IMG/VR virus record: IMGVR_UViG_3300028388_003908
Location: 32,001 to 96,000 of that record
DNA length: 64,000 bases
Source: a virus
Direction: 5' to 3' (one strand)
Shown here: positions 48,278 to 57,353 of the stretch, one piece after another
Position numbering within the stretch: the first letter of the stretch is position 1
How the letters are laid out: the number at the start of each line of letters is the position of its first letter
Position numbers and translations under genes: made by a program
Notes under the pieces: model-generated
What the model was told of the DNA's origin: nothing
The model's database searches: none
Seen by the model: only the letters and a program-made list of their open reading frames with translations

Positions 48278-48562
48278 TTAACCCTCTGCGGAGGTGTCTT
48301 CATCATCAGTAAGAACAATAAAAGAACCATCTTGGTCCACCTTCCAAGAGGTCTCCTCTGTGACCTCAAAGCGATCACGAACGTCTACGAGCAACTGACG
48401 AGCAGCCTGCTCATTAGCCTCAAGTTGAGCGGTCAAGCGCGACTTCTGCCACTCAAGGTTTCCGATCTGATTCAAGATCTGAGTGGTGAGATTACGCCTC
48501 GTAGTGAGCGTGTTCTTCTCTTCGTCAGTGAGCGTGCCAAGTGTCTTCTCTGTCTGTGCCAT
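48278..48562 (-). CDS. Small coiled-coil hypothetical protein
   Basis: AAGGA SD, TATAAT upstream, heptad pattern. Confidence 0.65.
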   Translation of the reverse strand: MAQTEKTLGTLTDEEKNTLTTRRNLTTQILNQIGNLEWQKSRLTAQLEANEQAARQLLVDVRDRFEVTEETSWKVDQDGSFIVLTDDEDTSAEG

Positions 48563-48611
48563 GATTCAGTCCTTTCAAGATGCAAGATAACATGGTCACA
48601 GCATTATACTC

Positions 48612-48908
48612 TCACTTAGCGACAGCGCCTTCCTTATCTCGACATAATCTAGGAAGCTCTCTCACATATAAATGAATCTGCTCGGCTTCTGCCTTCATGT
48701 CTTGAGCGTCTCTCTGCATGATCTCAACCCCTCCAAGAGCGTGATTACTTGGAGGACCGACAAAAGATTTCTGCTCAAGATTGGGGCTTTTGATTTTTAG
48801 TCTAGTAACCTTCTTCTCCTTCTTTGATTCTTTTTCCGAGGAAGAACCACACGATGGAAGCAGAGCCCATACGCAGAAGGATATGACGACAAAAAGTAGC
48901 GTTTTCAT
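48612..48908 (-). CDS. Lipoprotein, o-spanin candidate
   Basis: Signal peptide ending in lipobox-like LLPS-C followed by GSSS. Confidence 0.55.
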   Translation of the reverse strand: MKTLLFVVISFCVWALLPSCGSSSEKESKKEKKVTRLKIKSPNLEQKSFVGPPSNHALGGVEIMQRDAQDMKAEAEQIHLYVRELPRLCRDKEGAVAK

Positions 48909-49186
48909 TGACGGATCTCCTGCAACATACGTCTAATGTCCTCTAACATGAGACGGGTGCGCTCAAGATCTTTTCTTATCTGCTCAAGCGCTTGAGCGTT
49001 AAGCTCGACCTTGGTCATGGAAGCCTTACATTCTTTCAGACCTTGTGTATTTTCGGTCTGCTCTCTCTCGATAAGAGCAAGCTGAACGCTAATGCTATTT
49101 ACCCACAATAAGATTGGGATAATCAGCACTGATAAGATCTTAAATCCAAGGTCGATGATGTTCTTGTTATTTTCGCTGTTAGACAT
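48905..49186 (-). CDS. Single-TM coiled-coil protein, i-spanin candidate
   Basis: N-terminal TM helix then heptads. ATGA overlap with the lipoprotein gene. Confidence 0.5.
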   Translation of the reverse strand: MSNSENNKNIIDLGFKILSVLIIPILLWVNSISVQLALIEREQTENTQGLKECKASMTKVELNAQALEQIRKDLERTRLMLEDIRRMLQEIRQ

Positions 49187-49210
49187 GATCTTACGTCCCC
49201 CTAAAACCGA

Positions 49211-49954
49211 TCAAACTCGGAAGTATGATCTCAAGCTCTTGAAGGTCTCCACATCCTCTTTAGAAGGAGATTGACCTGCCACAGCATTAAGACCGAGCGT
49301 CTTAATCGCATCCATCGCTCTCTGATCGCCTTGTGAGCGCGCCCTACGGAAAAGCTCTCTCAAGATCTCAGCGTCAAGAGGTGCAACAGGAGTAGAGACG
49401 TTTTGTCCATTACCTGCGCCTTGCATGGACAAGATTCTCTGCTCTTGAGAAGGCCAAAGAACATAACCCTTAGTCAGAGATTGATGATTCTTTACGAGAC
49501 CTTGATTGCTCGCCCAATTGGGCACCGATTCGATATGTGCAATCCACTCTTGAGTGTACTTAGCGCGATCTGGTACACGCGCTATGTTGTCGTAAAAATC
49601 CGCCTTATCAGAGTAGACCCCAACCCAATGCAAGATACCCTCAAGCCAAGTCTTTTTCCAATTGGTCGTGCGGTGGAAGCGCGCTCTATCTCTCGCCTTT
49701 CTATTTAAGACAAGAGAAGGATAAAGACGAGACACAAGAGTCAGATTCATAGACGCTTTGCCTTTGCCCTTAGCGTCATCTGTTGTCCCAATCGTTGAAC
49801 TCAGTTTCACGCTCACCATCTCCGAAAGATGAATTAGATAAACGCCTTTAAATCCTGAGACGCGAGACCAGCCCTTGATCTTGGGATTACTCTTAATCGA
49901 ATCTAACCATGATTCGAGTTCTGCGCGTGATATTTGAACATATGTTGCAGCCAT
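49211..49954 (-). CDS. Hypothetical protein
   Basis: 247 aa ORF, co-oriented in the run starting at 51638. Confidence 0.7.
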   Translation of the reverse strand: MAATYVQISRAELESWLDSIKSNPKIKGWSRVSGFKGVYLIHLSEMVSVKLSSTIGTTDDAKGKGKASMNLTLVSRLYPSLVLNRKARDRARFHRTTNWKKTWLEGILHWVGVYSDKADFYDNIARVPDRAKYTQEWIAHIESVPNWASNQGLVKNHQSLTKGYVLWPSQEQRILSMQGAGNGQNVSTPVAPLDAEILRELFRRARSQGDQRAMDAIKTLGLNAVAGQSPSKEDVETFKSLRSYFRV

Positions 49955-49956
49955 TT

Positions 49957-51276
49957 TTATGACCTCTTTCTTTGACGTAGAAGATAAAGATTCGTCTCAT
50001 GTGCGTTAGCAATAGACATAATAAAATCATCAAGTCCTAGAGACATACCGCCATTATCTTTTATCATATCGTAGACGCGCTTTAAGATGGGCTGTATGCG
50101 CTCCTCTGCGATAAGAGCGCGTGTAATAGGATCGGTAGCGTCATTGTGGATCAAGACCTGAATCGACTGCTGAGCTTGAGGCACCGGCGCAACCGCTACA
50201 GGACCGTATTCCCCTACAATCTTCTCCGCTAAGGTGTCGATCTCGTCCTCTAAGGACTCATAGAGACGCTCCATCAGCTGATGATCCCCATAAGAGGATA
50301 GTCCTTTAACCTGCCAATGTGAGGTCCAATGGGACCAATGCACAGCGCGCAGTACAGCCAAGAGCGTCTGCATGATCTCTAGCTTCACGTCAGCGGAGGC
50401 ATATCGGATTTTATTAGAGGAAGCCTTCTTAGAACGAACCTTAAAGAACTCCTTAGACCCGTTGTGTGAGAGATTTCCTTGTCGATCAATATCGTAGTAA
50501 CCCATGTCATTTACCCCTATATCAAGCGCCTTGCGCGAGCGTCTGTTCTTCTGTCTTACGGTAGAGACACCACCGCCCTCGTATCTTTTAAATCTGTTCA
50601 AGTGCTTACGCCTCTTTTGATTGTAGCGCTTGATCCTTGAGCGATTTTTCAGATAGTAGCGTCTTCTCTTTGTCTTGAGTTTGGTCTTGTTCTTAAGACG
50701 GTTTTTAATGCGCCATTTTTTGTACTCTCTGCGAGCCTGACCCTTCTGCTTACGCTGTCTTTTTGAAGGGATTTTTACCGAGATAAACGCGCTCTTAAAG
50801 AGATCTCCGTTCTCGTCTACGTCATAGATAAAATCCTCGTCTTCAAGATAAGGATCTAATACCTCACCCATGAGCGCGTCTAAAGCTACTCTGCGCTTCA
50901 ATCCTGTAGAGGTAGACTGATCTATATAAGGATGACCATACTGATCTCCGGGTAAACCACTAGAGCGAGGTCGCTGATGTAGAGGCTTACCGTCAGGCTG
51001 ATTTGGTATCGCGTTAGGATTGGGAGCTTTGGAGTAAGACGTAGAAGCACCCGATGAATCCGAAGGTGTATTCGATACAGGAGGTCCCGCCCTCTGCTCT
51101 GTCCTGCCTTCTGGATGACCTGAAGGTAGGGGCAATACCCGATCTCTTTTAGGCTGACCGTCTGCGTAATCCTCTCTACTTGGAGAAGGCGCCGGCGTGT
51201 TCTCTCTAGAATCATTTACCCATGTACGAACGCCACTAAGCTCTTGAACAGGTTGACTATGACCCATAGTGTTCAC
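49957..51276 (-). CDS. Multidomain protein: disordered N-terminus, very basic K/R tract, C-terminal Dps/ferritin-like domain
   Basis: HWQVKG…DH.LMERLY…EIDTLAE matches the Dps ferroxidase-centre pattern. Confidence 0.8.
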   Translation of the reverse strand: MNTMGHSQPVQELSGVRTWVNDSRENTPAPSPSREDYADGQPKRDRVLPLPSGHPEGRTEQRAGPPVSNTPSDSSGASTSYSKAPNPNAIPNQPDGKPLHQRPRSSGLPGDQYGHPYIDQSTSTGLKRRVALDALMGEVLDPYLEDEDFIYDVDENGDLFKSAFISVKIPSKRQRKQKGQARREYKKWRIKNRLKNKTKLKTKRRRYYLKNRSRIKRYNQKRRKHLNRFKRYEGGGVSTVRQKNRRSRKALDIGVNDMGYYDIDRQGNLSHNGSKEFFKVRSKKASSNKIRYASADVKLEIMQTLLAVLRAVHWSHWTSHWQVKGLSSYGDHQLMERLYESLEDEIDTLAEKIVGEYGPVAVAPVPQAQQSIQVLIHNDATDPITRALIAEERIQPILKRVYDMIKDNGGMSLGLDDFIMSIANAHETNLYLLRQRKRS

Positions 51277-51638
51277 CTGCCTTTGAGATAGGCGAGCGCT
51301 ACCTTCTTGACGGGATCTTGATTGTACTTAGAGGCGATATCCACCTTCTCTCGATCCGTGTGAGGCAAGCGTTGACGATAAAAACCTTCACCCATCTTGA
51401 TGAGCGCATAATTGGTCATATCTAGAGAGCGCTCTAGTCTATCTAAAGACTGAGGAATACCGCTAAGCGCGTCCCCAAACTTCTGATAGATTTCCTCTTT
51501 CAGATCCTCATCGCAATCTTCCAAGGTCTCTCGGATTTGATTGCAAAAGGATCTGATAATATGCGCCTGTACTCTAGAGGAGGAAGCCCCCTCTGCGAGC
51601 ACAGACCAACTAGCTTGACTTGAGGATCTTTTTCTCAT
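51273..51638 (-). CDS. Hypothetical helical protein with C-terminal KKVALAYL tag
   Basis: ORF with AGGAG SD and late-type promoter. Confidence 0.7.
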   Translation of the reverse strand: MRKRSSSQASWSVLAEGASSSRVQAHIIRSFCNQIRETLEDCDEDLKEEIYQKFGDALSGIPQSLDRLERSLDMTNYALIKMGEGFYRQRLPHTDREKVDIASKYNQDPVKKVALAYLKGR

Positions 51639-51641
51639 AAC

Positions 51642-51682
51642 CGCTCTCCTTCTTTATGTAGAGAGCGTTCATAAATGAGTTA
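51642..51682 (-). promoter_or_regulatory. Putative late promoter TAACTCATTTAT (51671-51682) followed by an SD-burying hairpin
   Basis: Inverted repeat 51642-51648/51661-51667 plus a G-U pair. Confidence 0.65.
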
Positions 51683-51686
51683 AAGA

Positions 51687-52610
51687 TTAACCCTCCTCAA
51701 GACCCTTCTCAATACCATTCACAACGCCAGCGCTCTCTACTGCCTTGATCTCCTCAAGAACCTCAGGGCTGTCCGAGTAAAGCTCAAGAGCCTTCTTGAC
51801 GCGCTTAGTCCAGTGAGGGTTCATATCCCACTCAATACCATTTGAAAGGATCTTGATCTTGCTATCTTCTCCTACCTCGACAGCCCCTTGCTCGGGTGCT
51901 TGCTCAAGTCCGTCAAGAATCTGAGCTTCCTCTGAGGGACCTTCATCCTCAACGGGCTCCTCAACGGGCTCCTCAACAGGCTCAAAATCCTCCTCCTGCT
52001 CGATGATCTCAGTAGAGAAATTACCTTCAAGATTCTCTAGCGTGTCAATCTCTTGACCGACCGCGTTCACGTCTGAGATCACGGTCTTTTGTTGGGCTGC
52101 GGTCTTGAGAGTAAGATTAACAGAGGTAGCGCCTTGCATCTCAGCTAGACCATCCTCTGCGCTTGACGCGCTCTTTACGTCTGCACCTGAAGTGTCTGAC
52201 ACAGAACCGACAAGATAATTATCCTCGTCCTCTGTGGAGACCACTACAGGAAACTTAACACCCTCTTGCTCTACAACTGGCTCGGCAACAGGCTCGTTTA
52301 CGGAAGACACCTTTGTCTCCTCGTCATAAACGGTCTCTACCTCCATCGAGGTGCGCTCTTTAACCTGCTCTACCGCCTGCTTTACGGGAGCCGGAGCAGG
52401 ATCTGCCTTTGCCTCAGGTACTCGTAGCCAGCCTCTCTTAAGACCTGCTTTAAGCTCAGGCATCGCAACCTCTTCCCCACCGATGCGTAGAGAAGATCCG
52501 TCAAATTCGATAATGTCACCCGCAGTAAGATTACGCTCTAGTCTGCCAAGGTGGATTGTGGTTGTAGCCTCAAGCTCAATAAAGCTACCCTTTTTAAATG
52601 TAATGGACAC
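51687..52610 (-). CDS. Acidic hypothetical protein
   Basis: GTG start behind AGGAGG. EPVE 12-bp repeat x3 at about 51946-51981. Confidence 0.7.
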   Translation of the reverse strand: MSITFKKGSFIELEATTTIHLGRLERNLTAGDIIEFDGSSLRIGGEEVAMPELKAGLKRGWLRVPEAKADPAPAPVKQAVEQVKERTSMEVETVYDEETKVSSVNEPVAEPVVEQEGVKFPVVVSTEDEDNYLVGSVSDTSGADVKSASSAEDGLAEMQGATSVNLTLKTAAQQKTVISDVNAVGQEIDTLENLEGNFSTEIIEQEEDFEPVEEPVEEPVEDEGPSEEAQILDGLEQAPEQGAVEVGEDSKIKILSNGIEWDMNPHWTKRVKKALELYSDSPEVLEEIKAVESAGVVNGIEKGLEEG

Positions 52611-52736
52611 GTTGTGTTCCTCCTAGGTTATCTGCATCACGCGCTCTATAATACAGAGTTCGATATGCAGGTTCTTGGATTTTTGTTAATGCTTATATCC
52701 GACGTATAAGTAAATCAATGAGGCTAAGGGGTAAAC

Positions 52737-53192
52737 ATGAAACCGTCTAGAAGAGCAAAGATCATACGCGCTTTAAATCAATCGCTCAAAATCGCCATAC
52801 AACATAGTCTCCGAAAGCTAAGAGAGACCAATGATGATGCGGTTTTCGAGGAGGCGCTCCGACGCTTTTACCTCAACAAAGGGTTACCTAAGGATTATGA
52901 AAACACCTTAGAAATGAGATACTTATCTGCATACTATAGAGATTCTCAGAAAATGCAAGTCGTTAAGCAGGATCTTAGCTATGAGCAGGAAAATGAGGTC
53001 TGCGACCGACTGCTTGAGGTCGGTATGTGGCTTCATACGAGATGGGCGCCTAAGGTTCGTACTCTAGTGGTAAAGGTCTGTGGGGGACAGGAAAATACTC
53101 TCACCTTCACGCGAACGCTCTTTGATATAAAGGATCGCACCCCTAACGGACTACATATCGGTCGTATGCTTAACGTGATTTTAGACGCATAG
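52737..53192 (+). CDS. Hypothetical protein with basic leader (SRRAKIIRAL…LKIA)
   Basis: Promoter variant TAATGCTTATAT at 52687-52698. Confidence 0.65.
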   Translation: MKPSRRAKIIRALNQSLKIAIQHSLRKLRETNDDAVFEEALRRFYLNKGLPKDYENTLEMRYLSAYYRDSQKMQVVKQDLSYEQENEVCDRLLEVGMWLHTRWAPKVRTLVVKVCGGQENTLTFTRTLFDIKDRTPNGLHIGRMLNVILDA

Positions 53193-53238
53193 TATAAGAT
53201 AGTTTGTCTTTTAACACCCTCACACGAAAGGTAAAAAC

Positions 53239-54840
53239 GTGGAGAGCGACAAGCTATTAAAGACTATCGAGAAGCTGAGAAAAATCCGAACTAGAGAAGA
53301 TCTTGTGCCTCCTGCTTCTAACATCTTGAGATCGCATCTGCCGGACGGAAACAAACTCACCCTTCGTCAATATCAGATCCAAGGTATCCTACATCTGCTC
53401 GCCATGCCTCGCTTTGTGCTAGGGGATGACACCGGTCTTGGTAAGACTCTACAGACGATCAGCGCGCTCTCGTATGTTTGGGATAAGCGACCAGAGATAC
53501 CCGCGATTATCTGTACGACCAAGAGCGCTGTTGGTCAGTGGGAATCAGAATTTGAGCGCTTTACACATGGCGTCAAGGTCTTTAAATGTCTCGGGACAAA
53601 AAAACAGCGCAGGAAGATTTATGACGCCTTCTTTGAAGCGGAAGGCCCTAAAGCGATCATCCTAGGATATCGCACCGCTTGCGTTGATTTCGACATCCTT
53701 CAACCTATGGCCGGTCACGTTATGATCTTTGACGAGGCGACCGCGTTTAAGAATGATACCTCACAAGTGCACCAAGTATGCAAGCACCTAGCAGGCTCAG
53801 CAGAGCGCGTGTGGTCTCTAAGCGCTACCATCATCAAAAATCGTCTGATGGAAGCATGGGCGATTTACAAAGTTACCGTGCCTCACCTCTTTACAACCAA
53901 GACCGCGTTTATGCGTGATTACTGCATCACCCGAGATCAACCCCTACCTGGAGGGCGCAGACGCATTAAGGTTGTGGTCGGTCACCGTAAGCATGACATA
54001 CAAGCGTTCAGAGAGCTTATCGACCCGTACTTTATCGGAAGACCCAAGCATGAGGTGGCTAAGGAGCTACCCCCTCTCACCTCTAAGACCATCGCTTGCG
54101 AACTCACAAAAGAGCAGAAGGTAAAGTATCGTGAAGCGCTTAATGGTCTACTAGAGGTTAATGATGACGAGACCGGCGAGACAAAAGAGCGCGAGGTTAC
54201 TAAGCTCACCGCCGTGACCGTCTGTCAGCAAATCGTAAACCACCCCTCTCTCGTTAATGTCGATGGTGAATCCGGTAAGCTAGACTCTCTTGTCGATTTG
54301 CTCACCAATGAGCTTGACGGTGAGAAGGTAATCGTCTTCTCTCGCTTCCGACAGATGGTCGATATACTAGAGGAAACGCTGAAAAAAGCTAAGATTAAGA
54401 CGAGCAGGATCACCGGCGCAGAGGGCGGGGATCAGCGTCTCGCGTCTCAGAAGGCCTTTCAAGACGAGAAATCAGACGTGAGGGTGTGCCTTATCACCAT
54501 GGCGGCTGCCGAAGGCGTCAATCTACAGCTAGCCAAAGCGGTCGTCTTCTATGACACGCCATGGAGCGCTGGTGATTATCTACAGATCATAGGGCGCATG
54601 ATCCGTATTGGCTCAATACATGAGCGCGTATTCTCATATCACCTATGCGCCCCTAAGACCATTGATGACCGCGTTATGAAATCTCTCAAAGCTAAGATGA
54701 ATCTGATCGAGAGCGTCTTAGGTAAGCGTCTCAAAGCAGAAGGCGAGGAAGAGGACGTGATCGAGGTCGGGCGCTCGGAGATCGCAGATCTATTCGATGG
54801 TCTGCTAGAGGATGCAAACGATATAATCAAAACCAAGTAA
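53239..54840 (+). CDS. SNF2-family helicase/ATPase
   Basis: Motifs DDTGLGKT, FDEA, LSAT, KVIVFSRF, EGVNLQ and QIIGRMIRIG. Confidence 0.95.
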   Translation: MESDKLLKTIEKLRKIRTREDLVPPASNILRSHLPDGNKLTLRQYQIQGILHLLAMPRFVLGDDTGLGKTLQTISALSYVWDKRPEIPAIICTTKSAVGQWESEFERFTHGVKVFKCLGTKKQRRKIYDAFFEAEGPKAIILGYRTACVDFDILQPMAGHVMIFDEATAFKNDTSQVHQVCKHLAGSAERVWSLSATIIKNRLMEAWAIYKVTVPHLFTTKTAFMRDYCITRDQPLPGGRRRIKVVVGHRKHDIQAFRELIDPYFIGRPKHEVAKELPPLTSKTIACELTKEQKVKYREALNGLLEVNDDETGETKEREVTKLTAVTVCQQIVNHPSLVNVDGESGKLDSLVDLLTNELDGEKVIVFSRFRQMVDILEETLKKAKIKTSRITGAEGGDQRLASQKAFQDEKSDVRVCLITMAAAEGVNLQLAKAVVFYDTPWSAGDYLQIIGRMIRIGSIHERVFSYHLCAPKTIDDRVMKSLKAKMNLIESVLGKRLKAEGEEEDVIEVGRSEIADLFDGLLEDANDIIKTK

Positions 54841-54967
54841 AAAGGACTTACTGCGTGAAGCCCATTGAAGTGATTAAATATCTCAATCATCAAACCAAGA
54901 AATGTGCTTCATGCGGTAAGCGTATTGACAAGCGCATCGTCTGCCCCTGCATCAAAAGGAAGACAGC

Positions 54968-55543
54968 ATGAAAGATCTCTATCTTGAATGTAATGACCGG
55001 GGTATGACGGAGCTTGAGTTTCAATCTTCCTTTTGCAACTACTGCCGACAGACGCGCTGTAGTAGAGCAGGATGGTCTAAAACCTCTTGGGAACAGCGCA
55101 TAAATACGCAGGTAGATCGCCTGCTCATCAACCCTAATATCCATCTACAGAGCGAATCGGAGAGATGGGCTGAGATACCGAACTTTGAGCTACCTCAAGA
55201 GGTCTTAGAGATATGGGGCTCAAAGAAGGTGAGCGCTGACCTTGCTGAGATACTAGAGAACGTTCCTGAGACAGAATCTCCATTAGAGATTGAGGGAGCG
55301 AGCGCAGAAGAACCTGCGAGCCCAAGGAATGACACATCGGAGAGCGTCACAGAAGGCTCTTTAGACGCTACAAGCCCTCAGATACTTGTCCCCGACAATA
55401 AGCCCTCAAAAAGAGCAAATACGAAAGCTCAAGAGATTATGATAGGAGAGGCGCCCGATACACCAAGCGCTCCTGCGGTAGATCCTTGGGCTCCTCAACC
55501 CGCTTCGATCAAGGTGGGCGGTACTTTTAAGATGGGCGGTTGA
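54968..55543 (+). CDS. Hypothetical protein with Cys-rich N-terminus
   Basis: C…FCNYCRQTRC motif and AAGGA SD. Confidence 0.7.
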   Translation: MKDLYLECNDRGMTELEFQSSFCNYCRQTRCSRAGWSKTSWEQRINTQVDRLLINPNIHLQSESERWAEIPNFELPQEVLEIWGSKKVSADLAEILENVPETESPLEIEGASAEEPASPRNDTSESVTEGSLDATSPQILVPDNKPSKRANTKAQEIMIGEAPDTPSAPAVDPWAPQPASIKVGGTFKMGG

Positions 55544-55577
55544 TAAGTAGAACGTCTCTTGATAATAGGATTATCGT

Positions 55578-55823
55578 ATGGTCATCTTACCCCATGAGCG
55601 CTTGTTTCAAATACATCTGACCTACACAAAACCTACAGACCGTGTACCGATTGCAGTAGGTCTTGGTCGTAGAGCTTATGTGCAGGGCTCGGAGAACTCA
55701 CCTAACACCGACATAAAGTTTCAGCGTTGGGTTGAGAAGATCGAGAACTCAAGCATACGAGAGAACCTAGAGAGCGCTTGGCTCAGAGGTTGGGCACTAG
55801 AAGCTCAAAGAAGGTCTGTATAA
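55578..55823 (+). CDS. Hypothetical protein
   Basis: ORF with AGGA SD. Confidence 0.6.
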   Translation: MVILPHERLFQIHLTYTKPTDRVPIAVGLGRRAYVQGSENSPNTDIKFQRWVEKIENSSIRENLESAWLRGWALEAQRRSV

Positions 55824-55854
55824 TCCAACAAACCTTCAACGATAAGGCTGACAC

Positions 55855-56427
55855 ATGAGCAACGTATTTGGCGGGAAAAATGAGCGGGCGGTATATATAC
55901 CCATGTCCGAGACCGAGCTTGAGGTTATAGCGCGTCTGGTTGATTCAGACGACCTCAAGGTCGTGTTGCACGGTTGGGGAGTGATCGAATCTCCAAAGAT
56001 CACATACGGAGACAAGAACTTGCACATCCCTATCAAGATGACCTTCAACAAGCCTGTAGAGGCTCCTCAAGACGTTTACTATTTCGACATGGAGCTAAAG
56101 ACAGGATCAGGCATCTCTCTCTTTAAGAAGCGCATGAGCACCTCGTATGGAGGACAACCTTTAAAGGTGATGGCAGGTCTAGAGCTAGAGATGGTTTGGG
56201 ATATCTCTATACGTCACCTAGACCCAAACCTAGTGCGCGCAGTAAAGCCCGGTGCTAGAGGTCTGACCTCTAAGCTACAAGACAAGCTGACGCTCGATTT
56301 TACCGATACCGGAAACATGAGGTTAGACCGGAATCAAGCAGATCAAGCTCGACAAATCCGTGCGATGGAGAAACTGATCAACAAGATGGATCAGGGCAAG
56401 CTCGCAAAGAACAATCAGAAGACGTAA
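55855..56427 (+). CDS. Hypothetical protein
   Basis: 190 aa ORF with TATAAT upstream. Confidence 0.7.
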   Translation: MSNVFGGKNERAVYIPMSETELEVIARLVDSDDLKVVLHGWGVIESPKITYGDKNLHIPIKMTFNKPVEAPQDVYYFDMELKTGSGISLFKKRMSTSYGGQPLKVMAGLELEMVWDISIRHLDPNLVRAVKPGARGLTSKLQDKLTLDFTDTGNMRLDRNQADQARQIRAMEKLINKMDQGKLAKNNQKT

Positions 56428-56906
56428 ACGCGGTAACCGGGGATGCCCGACATACGCGAGATCTCTCTTGAGATGGTCAAGCCTTTCTTGATCTTCGCAA
56501 CATCTACGATAAGCTCATCATGCTCTTGACGAGTCTCATCGAGATTACTTGAAGTCACCTCAAGCTGATAAGTATCGCCCCTGCGCTCAGCCTGCTTTAG
56601 ATCGCGCTCTAATCTAGAGATTATAGAGGCGTAATCTTTCTGCCTCTGCTCAAGATTCTTGATAATCTCCTTGTTCAGATTGGTCCGAGACCTCGTGATC
56701 AGATCACCCTCATCTTTGATCCAAATGGTCTCTCCAGTGTGGTATGTCCCGAGCAAACGGAAAGCGATAGCCTCTACAATCGAGGCAGGGTCACGATACT
56801 TTGCGGTATCGAAAATGGTAGGCTTACCTGCGCTACGCTCAAGGCGCGCTACGCGCATCTCTAGGTCTTTTAGATTGAACATCATCAAATCCTTCACTTG
56901 TGTCAT
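56415..56906 (-). CDS. Coiled-coil protein with N-terminal LEMRVARLERSA leader
   Basis: Leader resembles the R-V-A tag family found elsewhere in the window. Confidence 0.65.
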   Translation of the reverse strand: MTQVKDLMMFNLKDLEMRVARLERSAGKPTIFDTAKYRDPASIVEAIAFRLLGTYHTGETIWIKDEGDLITRSRTNLNKEIIKNLEQRQKDYASIISRLERDLKQAERRGDTYQLEVTSSNLDETRQEHDELIVDVAKIKKGLTISREISRMSGIPGYRVYVF

Positions 56907-56936
56907 GTACTATAATCGAACCCTATTAAAGCAGAA

Positions 56937-57353
56937 TCAATGAGATTCTGCCTCGCCATAAGCAGGCATAAAATATGGATTCTCAATCTTCTCTAAAGCG
57001 CTCAGATCCATCGGACACATATAATGCTCTACTAACGAGCCTAGATTCATAGTGAGACATAAATGATCTTGATCTGTGTCGAGATCATTCTCCCCTACAA
57101 CACATAGTATGACGTAACCTACTCCGCTGAGATTAAGGCGGGCGTCCTCTGCCACTGCTCTCCAATCATCTAGGGGAATGTCATCAAGCAAGAGGAAATC
57201 CTCTTGAAAAGAGAACCCATGCCCCGACATATCCGTGATAAACAGATGAGGCGGCATACCGTGTATGTTAAGATTATTCTCTTGAGCCTTGAGGATGTAA
57301 TCCTTCAAAGAATCAGCGATCCAGACCTTATATAAATCAGGGAGTTTCTCCAT
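56937..57353 (-). CDS. Hypothetical protein
   Basis: The ORF track start is 57416. In-frame ATG 57353 has a GAGGT SD. Confidence 0.6.
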   Translation of the reverse strand: MEKLPDLYKVWIADSLKDYILKAQENNLNIHGMPPHLFITDMSGHGFSFQEDFLLLDDIPLDDWRAVAEDARLNLSGVGYVILCVVGENDLDTDQDHLCLTMNLGSLVEHYMCPMDLSALEKIENPYFMPAYGEAESH

